Origin: Lytechinus pictus
Lineage: Eukaryota
NCBI RefSeq assembly: GCF_037042905.1
Contig: NC_087259.1
Span: forward strand, 30,752,001-30,816,000
Length of the DNA: 64,000 bases
Direction of reading: 5' to 3'
Shown here: positions 24,321-39,442 of the stretch, piece by piece
How positions within the stretch are numbered: position 1 is the stretch's first letter
How the letters are laid out: every line of letters begins with the position of its first letter
Notes under the pieces: generated by a model
The model's input: the letters and a program-made list of their open reading frames with translations, nothing else
Databases searched by the model: none
Told to the model about the DNA's origin: nothing
Program-made: the position numbers and the translations under genes

Positions 24321-25787
24321 ATAAGAGGAAAATAAGCAGATAAAGAAGTAGACGAAGAAGACTGTCATCGATAGATCAAGCTAAGAATTTTGATAAGAAC
24401 GGCATCTACATGGAATGCAGCTATCATTAATAGATAAACAAAGACAATAAGTAAGTTTGTCTTGCTGAATAGGAACTTAATATCAGGTTATCTCTCGAAT
24501 AAGAAAAATCGATACATTCTGTACCTTTATATCGAAACTCAATTAAATTTTCAGGATTTAGAAGATTCATTTTTAAGCAATTACTAGGTTGATGTTACAA
24601 TAAAAATCAACGTTTAAACATGCCAGGAGAGAAGTTCGAATAAAAACTTACAAAAGTGACTTTTTTCATGCTACTCTTCACCTTGAATCCACCAGCTTGA
24701 TGCTTTCCTAAAATTTGTTCCTGATGACATCGCTTTAACTGTAGTATATACATGCAAGCGAGACGCAACCATGACTATTGGCCACAAGTAAAAACAAATG
24801 ATATTTTTACATAAGCAACTTCTGAATGTAACAACTCGTTCTAGAGGTGCGAAGATGCGTTCCACGAAAGAAAAACAAAACAAAAATCAATTTCGCTCTT
24901 TTCACCCTTGTCATAGCGGTAGACCCCCGTCAAGTTCAATTGTTTATGCTCATTGGATATGATTATGGGTTGCGACATCTGAGGTCGTCAAAGACAATGG
25001 ATACTAGCACATAAACAAAAGTATATACGATGTAAACACTTTGTGGGGATGCGAGACATTTAAACGTCACTGGTTCTATGCGACGCACCATACACGTTCA
25101 ATGTCAAAACCCTGTCTAAATGGAGTAACTTTCACTCATCCTAGACTCGGCATGCTTCTTCGGTCCTTGAATGCTACAATTTCCATATAGCGTTATTTCA
25201 CTGTTATGTGTTATAAAACAAACAGGCAATTTAAACAGGCAATGTTGATGGTATGTATATCATGTATATGAGCTCGAGGAATTAAAGAGGTTTGAAAAAG
25301 TGAAAGATAATCCAGTGAAAAATAATCCAGTATTTTTCCTGTAGCCTACGTTCCCGGCCTATGTTATTGTCCTGAAAAATCGTCAGATAATATTCTGGTG
25401 TAGGTACTTTACGTTTTGCCTTTTTATTGTTATGTTCTAACTGAAGTGATTTGAGATTTTGAGGCAAGTTCTCGCTTAGGCAATCATACTTATTTTGCCT
25501 AGCCAGCAAATAATACACTGTTCTTAAAATTCTGTCTTTAGTATAGATTTATTCATCCACATGCAAACAAAATTTTAAGATATATTTATTGAACATGTGT
25601 CTACTCGGTAATTTTTTGCTACATTCTGCAGTTATCCAAGTCTGCAGTGGGTGATAACATGCTATTTAAAGACCTGTTATAATCCACTACTTCGAGACCT
25701 GGATGATTTTACAGAGCGAGACAGGATGATGGAGGCAATGTAACAAAGCAAAGATTGCATTGCAGTCGACATGCCGGTAATACTTAC

Positions 25788-25841
25788 TTTTATTAAATTT
25801 TTACCCACGTACACAAGCCTTTCCTTTCCTTTGGTCAGCAT
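25788..25841 (-). CDS. Possible alternative first coding exon (MLTKGKERLVYVGKNLIK)
   Basis: ATG with an upstream in-frame TGA and a phase-0 donor AAA|GTAAGTA compatible with the terminal exon. Signal-only evidence. Confidence 0.25.
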
Positions 25842-26946
25842 TGCAACATTTCAAACTCAGATGAGTTATTGATACAGGAAAAAAAGTAGTGCATCCTCGA
25901 AAAAACATAGATATTCCGCTCAAAGTCTCCAGATATGTAATATAAAGGGAATACTGGGCAGTATAGCGTTCGTGTAAAGTAATAAGATGTCACAAAGACA
26001 CAAGTTTCTGGAGCTCGTTAGATTACTGCAAGTCTTTCAGAAGACGAACTGAGAAATGGCAACAAAGAAATCGTCACATTTAACGAGTGCTCAAGCAGAG
26101 AAAGAAACGAAGTATCCCCCTTTTTCGACTGGACAAACAAAAGAGTAAATGCATTTAGTTCGTGTGCATGCGAAGCTCCAATGATTCACTAAGCAAGCCG
26201 CATACCTTTTCAACTGTGACTTCTGTCAATAGTCAACCCCATACCCCCCTGCCTTCTTCCTGCCTTGAAACATTTGAAATCTTATCTCTCGTTTTTCATT
26301 GTTTCACATCGGGCCTTATTTATTTTAAGCATTAGTACAATGACATAAGTTGCCATACGAATCACCTGAATTATCCCAAATATTGAATAATTGTGACAAT
26401 ATATAATTTATACATTAAAATCCTCAGATGTATCGTGATGTGATATCTATGTGTCGGTTGATTGCTCAAATACATCTGCTCATATACTTACGACTCTAAG
26501 TTTCATATGGCTTTCTTTCTCCCCCTTTTACCTTTTCTGTCTTATTTTCCCACTCTTTCCCCTTCACATTCCCGTCACCAAGCGCTCATTCCCCCTTATC
26601 TCTCAATAATTCTTACTTCCTCGTAAATTTGTATCTTCCCATCCATTTCTTTCCGCTTGTGTCCAAATATTTACCCTTCCAATTTGATTTAACGATTCCA
26701 CCAGGAATTTGTCAAGTCATTAACAAAACTAAGACCACCTATCCTCAGAAATCAAACAAATGTTTCCGTTTTTTTCTCTTAGATATGCTAAAATGTGGCG
26801 TTGCTGAGGAGAATTCATCTGATAAAAAGATCTTTAAATTTACTTGAAGTGATGGGGGGGGGTGAAAACTGACCGAGTCCAGAGTAAACAAAGGCTCGTG
26901 TGTATCACGCTGCAGTCACACCAAAGAAACCGAGCTATGGTATGAC

Positions 26947-26954
26947 CATCCATG
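26947..26954. mobile_element. 8-bp CAT-CCATG remnant between 7-bp duplications (putative footprint)
   Basis: GTATGAC-CATCCATG-GTATGAC (26940-26961). Confidence 0.55.
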
Positions 26955-26964
26955 GTATGACATT

Positions 26965-27180
26965 GGAGGTGTCGTGGCCAAGTGGTCTAAGGCGCCGACT
27001 ATACATTGTCTGGGGTTCGATTCAAACCACGGCACCTATGCCCATGAGCAAGGCATTTAATCGACAGTGCTCTTTTATCCTGCATTCAAATAAATGGAAA
27101 TGCAATGCATTTTCTGAAACTAGGTGTGGACTTATCTTTTTTAAATGGTAATAATCATGGTAAAGCAGGCCTAGCAGCTT
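26965..27180 (+). mobile_element. Degenerate tRNA-derived SINE
   Basis: A box TGGCCAAGTGG (26975-26985), B box GGTTCGATTCA (27014-27024), core-like TGCCCATGAGCAAGGCATTT. The 3' end is approximate. Confidence 0.65.
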
Positions 27181-28653
27181 TTGTCAGTCTGGAGTCGGTT
27201 TCACCAATGTAACTATCGAATCAGAGGGGCGATCGGACCTATCAAAATAACTTCATGGTAGAATCTGTTTGAATCTCCATGGTGAAATCAAACAAATTAT
27301 GCAACATGACTGAGTCTTTGTTTTTGTCCCTCCTGAAGTTTAGAAAAAAACATGGGAAAATCATCATGCGTCATCGTTATTTGAGGTATCAGATAGCAGA
27401 TTTGCGGCCGGTTAATTACCAAACCTCGTCATAACACCTACACCGATTGATTCATCATGGTGTTAATCCAATAGGATCAAAGACAAGAAAAGCTGGGATA
27501 AGCTTTTGCACTCTTTTAGGATGGTGACTCGTGTCAAGGAGCATATAAGTGTTTTATTATGCTAATGAGAAGAAATTGAAAGTCTCAGTTGATGCTGCTA
27601 CAAAGTAGACTTGAGAAAAGTTTAGATGTTATTAGAAGAGAAAGAAGTTATTTGTAATTCAAGGATCGATGACGACGACAAAAGAAGGAAGTGTGGTTTA
27701 AGGAGAAGAAAACAAAATAAATTTTTATTTTCATTTTCTCTATTGTACACTGCTTTCATATCAATATTCAATATATGTATGTTCATTCGTTTGCATTAGG
27801 CTTATCTTAGTTGGATAAACGGAAATATATAGAGTATTTTGTAAGTAAATTTTCCTTTGTTTCTGAAAGATTAAAAAACCTTAATCAGAACTTAATCAGA
27901 ACTGTATCAGTACTGATATTAGAACACAACTCGACATCAATCTAAAATTTCAACTGATAAATTATCCATGGCTGTCGAATCGATATTAATATGTGACTGA
28001 TTGGTGAAAAAATTACTTAAATGGCATTATTTTCCTTGGAATATAGTATAATAAATCTAAGACCACATTATATAGTGCTATATTCTCCAATAATAACCGA
28101 AATTTATCACAGATTTCAATTCGTCTATCCATGAATTTGACAGTGAATTTAGAATGGAATATAATGGAATTACTCGAACAATATAAAAATAGGCAAATTA
28201 TGAAGATTGGAATGCAAAGAATGCCATTATGTATTTGCTTTCAACCCATTAAATGCATTGTTAAGTGTATTGTAAACACTTTACAAAGGTGATAAAATAT
28301 GAAGATTAAATCAAACCCATTCAACAGCCTACTCGTCAAACATTTGCATGTTGCTCGGCATATATGCTCTTCAATTTATAAACTATACACATCCATGTCT
28401 GGGTCTGCAATAAATTATCTTAATATAAAGCTATTTTGTATTCGCAAAACATATATGACTACTGATATGTTCCAGAATAAAACACAAGACATATTCCCAA
28501 CTCTAAATACTTATCGAAACTAAAAAAAAGTCTACATCTTAAAAAAATATGGACACATTTAATGAATACTAAATGAATAATCTATCAATGATATTAATCA
28601 TTCATCATTCATGACACTGAAGGGTCGGGACGGTCAGAGGTACACCTTGTTGA

Positions 28654-29256
28654 AGGTCAATTGAAGGTCCATCCCAGAAAATGTTGACTTGAATAAATAG
28701 AGAAAAATCAAAATAGCATAATACTGAAAGTTTCATCAAAATTGGATGTAAGTTAAGAAAGTTATGACATTTTAAAGTTTCGCTTATTTCTCATATATAA
28801 AACAGTGATACATACAATTCAGTGAAATGCAAATGAGACAGCCGATGATGTCCCTAAATTACTCTTTCGTTTATTTTTTATTGTTTGAATTATACAATAT
28901 TTCATTTTTTACAGATTTGACAGAAGGACCAACTTGACTGAACCATATCGTATTAAACAATGCTAATTCCACATGTTCTGCAGTGAGGAATTAATCGTTG
29001 TTTCACTTGACAATGAGGAGAAAATTAGAATATTTCGTATTTCATATAATAAAATACAAAGGAAATAGTGAGTGGATGACGTCATCATTCTCCTCATTTG
29101 CATACCGACCAGGATGTGCACATAACTATTTTTTTTTAATTAAGCAAAACTTTAAAATGTCATAACTTTCTTATTTTATATCCGATTTAATTTGCAGTGT
29201 TATGCATGATGGATTTTTCTCTTTATTCAAATCATGTTTTTGTTGGGGTGGACTTA
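28654..29256 (-). mobile_element. MITE family A copy 2 (inverted, termini decayed)
   Basis: Reverse-complement homology to the other family A copies along the whole length. Confidence 0.85.
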
Positions 29257-32200
29257 CTTGGGAGGGGGGGGGGTATAGTGTGAAGATCAAACCGGCGCGA
29301 GGGTATGGTAATTCCGAGGTCGTTACAAGAACGCCTCGCTTGTATAGCATGACGAAATTACTATTTGCCACATCATTTCCAAAGAACCTCGAGAAACGTT
29401 TCTGTTTATAAATTTTGTATAGATTTATATCTACTTGAATAATTAAGTCTGAAAATAATACAATAAAAACAAACATACATTTGTTATTATCATTTGGAGC
29501 AGAAAGGATTGCTTTAATAGTCTGCTGGTATTTTATAAAAGAAAAATATGCCCAACCTTGAGTGAGGAATTGAATGGAATTTATATCTCAAGTAAAGCTT
29601 CACTGATTTAGTATCATACGGGATTTTTAAAAAATCTATAAATGAGATATTTTCGCCTAATTACTCCATGGTACTCTAAGTAATCGTAAGAGTTCAGTAA
29701 AGGGCCAAGCTTGTACAGAAATGTTGTATTCTACATAATGGAGACTCTTGAATGCTCCCCTAATAATAACAATTATATAAAACACATTTGATTATTTTAT
29801 TAGTGAGTCTTAGAACTTTGTGAGATCGACATTGGCAGGTGTATTTGGGGTCTACTTCATTCGCTCTCACTTGGATTAAATTTTTTTTTTTGCATTTTTG
29901 TGACAATTATAATAAAATGACCCACCCCGCCCCAACCTGGCCTATCAAATAGAACACACACTTGCCTATAAGTATTGTGAAATCTTACTGTCTTGACATA
30001 TTGCAAATAAGAATCATTTTATGCATTTGCCATCGACTGAAAATTGATCGATGTGTATTTTGATAGGATTTGTGTTAACAATAGTCCGCCATTGTGATAT
30101 CGATTTCTTGTAGTTACTAAGCTCATCAGACTTCATTCGTTTTGTGCAGTCACCATAAAGTCTTCAATTTTATCGAGAGGCTATCGTTGACAAGAGAACA
30201 ATGGGATGGGCTAGAGCGATGTGAGAAGGCATCGTACTGTGCAGGAATCATCAAGTTTCTTTTTTTTTTCTCAAGAAACGATGAGGAATCGAACTAACGA
30301 CTGATGCTGAAATTGGAGATTAGAAAAGGTGACTGTATTCACCTCACCTCATTGATATACAGAGTTATGAAGAAGAGATAGTGTAGTAGGTTTCACGGTA
30401 CACCATGTATCTTTCTTGGGCAAGTGTTGGTCCTGAAAAGGACCATCCAATCTCTTAAAGAGACATTAAGTAAATGAGAGGTAAAGACTGACCAGAGAAG
30501 TATATCCATGGTCTGAGAAAGGATTTATGAAGGTTCGAAATCATCACTGGAACATTATCAGAAGAAGTGTGAGAGCCAAGCGCTGCAACGTATAGGCCTA
30601 TATACTCTCCACACAAAAAAGAAACGTTGGAATGGGGTAATTCACCTTTTAAGAGGACATGGAAAGGACAACACTTTTTAATAAAGGTGGAAAACGACGC
30701 CTCTCCTCGATCGGCCCACATAGAGGTTTTGATTTTTTTTGGGGTGTATGCCTAAATGGGGGGGGGGGGGGAGAGGAGGGGTTTTATGATGATCTTTGAT
30801 TTTATGGATATAATGTAGTGAGAATAGAGAAGAAGGAAAGACAAAATTGCGAAGTTTACCGAAGGTCAGCTTGCTTCATTGTTGATTGTGCACATGCTTC
30901 GACAAACTGACCAACACAAACATTTAGAGTTTAATCTAGCCTAAATAAATATCACAAAGGACATCCATGGATATATTTTTACATTTTGTCGGTCACATTT
31001 ATTCGACCTATGTCATGTATGTCAACCTGTGGTTGTCGAGTTTTTTAAAGTAAAATTAAAAACTGAAGCCAATGCATACAAATATGTTATGACAAGTACT
31101 AGGCCTTCCTGCATGTCCTACCTATCATTATAAAATCGTTTATTTCTCAATTTCAAATGGAGTAAAATCCGTACATTCCGTAAATAATGTATAGTTAACA
31201 TGAAATTGTGATATAAGTCTGTCGATGTTAAAACTGTTTTGGATGGAAGCTTAACCTAGCATAAGAACTGCGTTTTGAAGAACATTGTCTTAACTGTTAA
31301 GATTCCAGGCCCAAACTTAATCATGATCAAGCAAAAATAGTTAGTCCAAGTCTAGCTTTATTTCACATTATATATCTGCATATTTACTTCTAGAGGAGGA
31401 GAACGAGTGGTGACTTCTACGATCAATATATTCAGAATATTACGGGTGTGAAATGCGATCTACAACCTTCAAGGAAACCTTAAGATTCATCAAGGATTAT
31501 GTCATGACGCCAATCGAAGTCGAAGCCCTATCAGAACACCCTTACATCCATGAGATATTGAGATATATCGATAGATCATTAAGAATTGGGCTGGATAATG
31601 GAGCTAAGTGCCCCTCCATTGGGAGTATGTGTCCTCCTCTTTGAACAATCAAGAAAAGAATCAATAGTTTGTACAATAATGATGGACTGGTATAAAGTCA
31701 AGCTGTAGTGAAATTTATTCGCCACCATCTCTGTTTTTTTAACAAGGAGTTTCGTGACGCCATCTCAAGACAAACCTTCTAGATAGCTTTTCGATATTCT
31801 CTTACAAGGCTGGGGATTACCTCAAATGTTTCCAAGACAAGTCAACCTTCAGAACAGGGGTTTGAGTTACTCAGACATTTACTATTTAGCCAGGTAAACA
31901 GCAAGACAACAAATAAACAACATACAAAAAAAACCACGATGTTGGGGTGATGAACTCTACTATAGGAAGCATCTACCTTCTTGGAAATATTATCTAACGA
32001 AACTGAACAACATAAATGACGAAAGTTAATGCGATACAATCAGCGGAATCCTTACTAAAAAATGTTCATTGCAACGAACAGAAAACTAGGCGAAAATTAA
32101 TTTAAAGCACTTGAATTACAGAATAACATATGATGGATATGAAAGTCGGTTATTGTCTTTATCTTTTACACGTTTCAGTTGCATCTCACTCACACAATAC

Positions 32201-32957
32201 CACTTGTAAGTGGCTCCTTTCAAGGAGGGGTTGTATAAATTGTTCTCTTTAGAATGTTAGACAGGTGGTACCTTAATATACAAGAAAATGGGTGTAGCCA
32301 GGGAGTTAATAATGTTTGACGTACGAGGTCTGGGCGTGTAAGTAGACGAATAAATAACAAAGGTAAATAGAGAAACAATAACAAGGTAGATTGACTTTGC
32401 CAAGCTAAGGTTGCCTTGTCGATGCTTAATACTTCGCAAGACGGGGACAGCGCGAATACTACTACTACTAGTAGTAGTAGTAGTAGTAGTAGTAATAGTA
32501 GTAGTACACTGTTAGAAAAAAAAAAGATTTTACAGAAAGAAGTAACCAAATCATTCTGTAAATTGTTAAAACAGAAAAGATTTTATACATTTTTTTATAG
32601 AATTTTGCAGAACAGGTCTGTTTTAAAAAGGGGGAAAACAGTTTCATTACAATAAATTTGTAAGGTTACATACACCAAATATCTATTTTTTGTAATTTTA
32701 CACAAATGCATGTTATATTACAGTGCAGTAAGATTACAGGTGTTCTCGAGACTCTGCTGCAGGATTTTTTTTAAGTAGAAATTTTAGTAGTAGTAGTAGT
32801 ATGTACTCTAATGCGAATCTTTTCATATTTTTGTTATTAAACGTTGCTTTATGCAATAGCAAATCGATAGTGCGATCCATAAATACAGAGCATTTTTGTT
32901 AATACAAATTATGTTAAACTCGTTTTGGTGAAAACTTTTCTTTCTTCTTATATTAAT

Positions 32958-32987
32958 CATGGACCTACTAGTATTAGTAGGTCCATG
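32958..32987. mobile_element. 30-bp palindromic CATGGA-type remnant (putative footprint)
   Basis: CATGGACCTACTA-GTAT-TAGTAGGTCCATG, a 13-bp perfect stem. Flanks TATTAAT/CAATAAT match at 5 of 7. Confidence 0.6.
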
Positions 32988-35900
32988 CAATAATCAATTG
33001 ATGAAATGAAATTCATGAACATGCTACACTTTCGTATAAAAACAGGAATGCAATAGTCGTTTTCGGCCATTATTATGTACCATATAAAACATAAGGCCTA
33101 TCAATAGTAAAAATCCTTTAAAAACTTACCCATTTTGATTATTATGCACACTGTCAATTAGGGAAATATGTCGGGAAAACCCACACCGCGACAACTTTTC
33201 GAACAGGTATGTTTAACTTCTATAGTATTCTGACGATCTTATAATCAAAATGATGTTCTGCAGTATTTTATGAATGATTCACAACTTCAAAAATACCTTT
33301 TCTCTCAATTTATATGGACATGACTATAAATAAACCTGATATCCTGGTAAAATAATGTACCCACGCATACCAGGAAAAATCAAATTCTCCCTTTGAAACA
33401 GTTTAACAATGAGTTCTTTCTCACAACATACCCGTATAATTTTTGTTGTTTGGATTGCGGACGTTTCATATTTCCAATTCAACTTTAGACAACCGTAATT
33501 TGAATCTCATGTCGCCGATGATGAAATTCATACCCAACACGAGAAAAAAGTAACACGTGTATAAATGGACGATGAAACGATAGGAGGGAAGGGACTCAAA
33601 CAAAGACAGTATTGGGAGAGGAGGAGACCAGAAATTAGGTAAAATCCCGGAGTAAAATAAATTGGTTAACATTGATTAAAAGTGTAATTCGGTACACGAC
33701 CACATGACATGCTATCTAGGCAACCATATTTGGCATTGTACGAATGAGGGAAACGGAGAATAAAGGAAAATATTCTCTTTTTTTGTAAAAGGAAAAGTAT
33801 CAAACAAGGGTGGCCCAAAAATATTCAATAAATCTCCTGGTGTGACCGAAGATGGCGCACTTTAAGACGGCGTTCGATGCACTGATCGATGGCACCACCT
33901 CAGTAAACATGGTAAACTAGAATGATGAAGGGGGAGGGGCGTTCTGTGTCGAAATTATATCAGTATAAAATTATGAGTCTTTCAATTTAACTTCAAGTTA
34001 TATAAAATGTATGAACTGTGTTTCCGTAAAAGGCAAACAACAAAATTGATACGATATATATTTTTTTTCTGACGGCGTATCAACAAGTTATACCTTCCCG
34101 GACTTCATTGCACTTTTTATTACCAGAAGATCCTTCATATCATGTGTATTAGAGTCAAGGTTAATAGAAGAGTCTATTCCCCATCCAATGCCATTAAAGT
34201 ACAGTGACGTCATCTTAACATTGATGATATCAAAAGTGGTTGCTTCGAATTACCACCAGTTGAAGAACATCTACGCTTTGAACAAGGAAGCTTGATTTCG
34301 CCATAGTTAAATGACCAAAGAAAAACATATTACCGTTGGGGAGATAGAAATGGAATTTAAATTAGTGAGTCTGTATTGTGAGAAACTTTCCATAAAGATG
34401 AGAATTTATACCTCGACCTTATCTAATATTTGTGATGCGGATCTCAAATAATAGCAGGCATGACAACGCGAGCATCACCTTGCTGCTATGTTAGGAAGAC
34501 CTCCTTCATCCCTTTATGTTGTGACAACTACATTAGTTTGAAAGCAACTGTGTAATTTGACTGTGTTTTGTTTTGTCAGTAGGCCTATCCAATATTCATT
34601 GTGCCCACTGACAGTGATACAGTTCGTGATACGATGAATGTCAACATTTGGCATTCTAGTTGAGCGCCCTCTGCGGTTTAGTAATCATATTTGGTAAATG
34701 TCGATAACAGAAAAGCAGTACAACACATGGGAGCACTGAGAAATTTGTACTAAAAATGAACTAGATGAAGGAGAAGAAATAATGGATTACAAAACCCTCG
34801 TGAACTGCAGAAGTATTACCGTTAAATGAATATATTTTGGACTTGTAGGAGTCATAAACAAAAATATTTTCAAGTTTCCCAGAGGGCTTAAAAACTTTGC
34901 TATCGGTTTACATTGATCCACACATTTAAGATTTTCTCTTGACTTGTTTATTAACTTTCCCTTCAGCTGATATCTACCATATGTTAATAAATTTGAAAAA
35001 GATCAGATCTTATGAAACATATTGTTTCTTTGAATAACATAATAAACAGGACAATAATATATCTTTATTATTATCTTCATGATGTCATGTTACGTGCGTG
35101 CATGGTTCCAAACCATTTAATGTCAGGTCACTGGTTGCCATAATACCTCACCAATAAGGATGACGTATTGTATACATGCCCAAGCCTAGTTGTTCACTTT
35201 GCTACGAACCTGTAACAATATACAAATCTTATAACAAAGAAACAAAAATCGATGTAACTGGTGAACCCCAAGTTCAACGTTGTATACAGCCAATTTGCCA
35301 AGTCACATTAGCACCTCCCGGCAATATATGGCATTGTTAGTGAATGAAAAGCCACGATCTAATCGGGCCATGTAGTTATTGTATCAAAATGATGGTTGCT
35401 TTTCGATGAAAGGAATGTAGTGTATACCAGGGTTCAGATTCAGATAATTTAGTCGAGTATATATATGAAATAATACTCCCTACTCTAACGCAATACAATA
35501 CAAAAAACGATGAGGACTTACCAAGGGGATAATAACCCCAGTCCCATGTAGGCTATAATATCTGCCTATTCTAGATCCCTATGAATACATACAGATTAGA
35601 CTGTTTTCATGGTTTTAGGCAACTTTCTTAGACGAAAAACGGTTCAGAAAATTTACGTATAATACAGTATATTTTAAATATTATTGATGCACCATACTAT
35701 AAGCATTGCCATCATGGTAAACTCAGTCATACTGAAACCAATGTCTCTAAAGAGTGTTTCCCACTACAGAAAATCATCGGTCAAAACTTTCTCCCAAGAC
35801 ACAAATGAAGATAATTAGACGTTCCTTTGACTGTAATCTACCCGACACAATGGAGGTATTAACACACACTCGACATATTCAAATCAGCGGGGGATAAAAG

Positions 35901-38900
35901 AAGGACTCCGTTTGGTGTCTCCTCACAAACTAAGCCAGAAAGATATAGCCAGAAACAAAAAATCAATGATTCGTGTATATCATTATTCTTTTTTTATCTA
36001 AAACTTTTGTCACAAGACAAAACTTAACTAAAAAATTTGGAACAACAGTGTACTGAAAGAGATTTTGTTTTAGAAATTGTCTTACAATGAAAGACAAATA
36101 ATAATGTTGTGCTCTTATACACGTTGAATCATGTCCGTCAGACATTTTCTACGACTGTGTTAAAGACAGTTTGAAAGGAAATGAACGGATTCGTTTTTAT
36201 TTATCTTTAAATGAGAGTAGTAACGTTGGCAACCACATTTATCTCCTAGTTTGTACAGAAAAGGAATTCTTCCGGGAAGGGGGGGGGGTCCAACCCCTTC
36301 CTAATTAGGTCTTCATCATCCTCATAAAATGTCACTAACGAGAATGACGTCGTTCCTTTCAGAGAGTTTAATGAACGAAGGGTTATACGCTACCATCCGT
36401 TTCAAAACTAATATTCCGTAATAACTTTCGCCTGGCTCCTTGGCTATCGTAAGGACCAAGGGGGGTGGTTCTTCTTTTTATTTGGCAACCAGTCAATTTG
36501 ACTATTTTCGCCATCATAAATATTATATTATTAACGTTTGTTTTATTTGAAAAAAAAAGGTAAATGAATAAAGTAAAATTAACATATTTATTTTTTTTTT
36601 CTTTTTTTTTTCCTTTTTCTTTTCTATGTCTTTTTTTAATGGATATCTACTAGGATTTAAAGTCGAGTAGGTGTGTTTCACAATTTAAAACCAGGGCTTT
36701 TACTGAAAATATGTTAGATATAAGGGACTTCGATCGCTTTGACCTCTCGTCAAGCTTTAAACCACCTTTAGAACTCTTTTGTTGTACACGATGTTGATCC
36801 TCTGTTAATTCCTTGTCAGTGAAAGCGGCTTGATGATCTCATTAAGGGCTTGGTATTTTGGTACTATTATGAGAATGACTTTCAATTTCAAAGTCTAGTC
36901 GGGACCCGAATCTTTTATGATCCACGAACCCGGATTCAGGACATTCTTAAGCTTTTTTATTTACTAAAAAAGGAAGCGATCATCTCTCCACGAGACAGGT
37001 ATTAGATATGTGTTTGTTAGACATGTTGACATTACCATGGTTACGTATGTTATCTACTTAAGATGAAGACTCATTTTATTTTTTGTACCTCTCTCTCTCT
37101 CTCTCTCTTATTATATGTGCTTATCTTTTACATTTTACAACCAAAACACACGCACACCCATCCCCTCTCTATATCTGCTCTCTGCTCTTTTAAGCTCCCA
37201 TTCAGCAGAATCATTTAAAATAGATCGGTTTTGATACCTTTCCACTGAGTCAATCCATGTATTGTATGTACAAAGAAGTGCGTGAATTTCGATATGAATT
37301 TCAGAAACACAACTCCATTATTTACTTCTATGCAACTATCTATGGTATCACTATTCACATATAAACGACCTGTTACAAACGAGGGTCATTGTTCAGTATA
37401 TCGTTATCGTTGGATAGAAAAACAGCCCGCTGTGAAATTGACCACGACTTTTTGTTATTCTTCGATTTCAAATCGATCTTTTAAAAGCAAGCCTAATTGT
37501 TTGGTTTGGGTTTAATGACGGTGTAAGGGGTCGGTAATCTTTCCATAAGAAACGTAGGTTTGTTTCTATCAAGGTTTTCTTCATTTAATTTATAATATAA
37601 GACGAACTCACTACTGGATTTTAATAAGATTTTCAGAAATTGTCCACTGGCATGACTGGGTCTGTATTTTAAATGGGAGAAGGATGACATTTACATTTTA
37701 TAAGTTTTAAACTGAAAGTACTTATTAAATTTTAAAAATAAACATTGTGCGAGTATAATATTGCAAGTTTTTTCAACTCCTCAGCTCATGTAACTCCAAA
37801 AATGTCGGATGAGGGGACAGGGTGATGATATATTATTTATCTACGATACGAATTTCTGGTCAGGGTGTTGATCATGATGATGATGCAGGTAAAAAAAACG
37901 TATTAGTTTATCAGAGAAAAGACTATCGACTCTTGAACAAAGGGCCCCGGCCCCCTAATATCTTTAATGGTGGATGGATGATGTTAAGCGATATGACTTT
38001 CAGATACTACCAAGATTAAAAATATCTTTATTACTAATTTTTTTTTTTTCGTTTCAAAGTTCCAGCAAGAACTCATAACTTTGCGTTACAGTAGACAGAA
38101 CATTGACAGTTGAATTGATTTGACTGCTGCCGATTTGAATTACAAAATAAGAACAAACTTCGATAAAATTGACAAAGGGGATAAGAAGCTTTGGTGGGGA
38201 GTAATAGATACTTTCAGAAAATCAACACGAGATAAAAAGAGAAAGTTCCAGCGGGACACCAATCAATAGTATCCCTTTACTAACACTAGGATCAAACCCC
38301 GCCTTAAAGAAAAAGGATGTTTCACTTGACCGCCTGAAATAACCTATTAACTTCAACAGTTTAGTCTTCTGCACCAGGCTAAATCAGTAGTGTAATAATT
38401 ATTGTTTTAGAATACCGTATGAAGGGAGGTGGATTATATTTGACCTAATACAGGTTTGTCTCGTCTTGTACATGATAAAAAGATAAATACACTTATAATC
38501 TTGCGAACAAATACAAAGAAATATAATTTTAAAAAATGGAATGAAGTCTAACGTAGTTGATGTAGGCCTCATGACTGATTTTTGTTGTTGATAAATTTTG
38601 TCTAAATTTATGTTTTCTATGGGTAAATCATTGTGGAAATAGAAGTCATTAAACATATTCCATACAATCGAACTCAACGGATACCGAATTCTTAATAATA
38701 TAATTAATGATAGACCACCTAATGACATTTTTAATAATTCAAGATCAGAGGAAATCCTGGGATAAGTCTTATAGGTTACACCTTTGCGATCGTTATTTAG
38801 TAATCGCTTGATCGCTTGGAATGCAAGAGAACAATAGAGATGCAAATAGGACATAATTGATGTGTTTGAATTTGTGCACATGGGATGTCACCTTATATAT

Positions 38901-39400
38901 ATAACAAGGACATCTCAAACAACAATTAAAGTCAGTTTGACTAGAAAAGAACAACACAAATATATAAAATTAATTTCAAACAAATACCCCTTACTATAAT
39001 GTAAGCAAATTTACACAACCTTCTGAAACTAAATCACCCCGCCCAACATGGAGCCATGAATAACAAAAATAATGCAGCCCATTCAATACCAGAAATTGAG
39101 TTACACAAGTTTCAATATGTTCAACATTTATTCATTTAAAGATCGAATTATGGATTTCTTGAAAATGCTCGGCTCATTTTCAATAAGAGAGATGAACAAT
39201 TGAAACCAGTGTGATCTTTTAATGATAACATAATTAGTCTTTCAAATAAAATTTAATCAAAATACAATTGAAACTGAAGGGCAAAACACGTTTATCACAA
39301 TCCATTGTTATCTCACCATACCTGTCAAAGAAATGAAATAATGATCTCTGTGCGCTCAATTTGAGGTGATATTGAGTCATAAATATAAATAGGTTCTATC

Positions 39401-39442
39401 CATAGAGTTAAATACGTACTCTATACATGATATAACTCTATT
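39401..39442. mobile_element. 42-bp CATAGAG-type remnant (putative footprint)
   Basis: CATAGAGTTAAAT ... ATATAACTCTATT between a perfect 8-bp TSD GTTCTATC (39393-39400, 39443-39450). Confidence 0.7.

Noticed and set aside
23922-24368. 148-aa and 114-aa ORFs
   Set aside because: Artefacts of translating through the N gap.
32457-32506. Hairpin from an (ACT)n to (AGT)n switch, with poly-L/poly-S ORFs
   Set aside because: Simple microsatellite; the ORFs are repeat-derived.
38399-38881. 160-aa minus-strand ORF
   Set aside because: AT-rich with no convincing motif or splice signals. Possibly a very decayed LINE remnant, but this cannot be supported.
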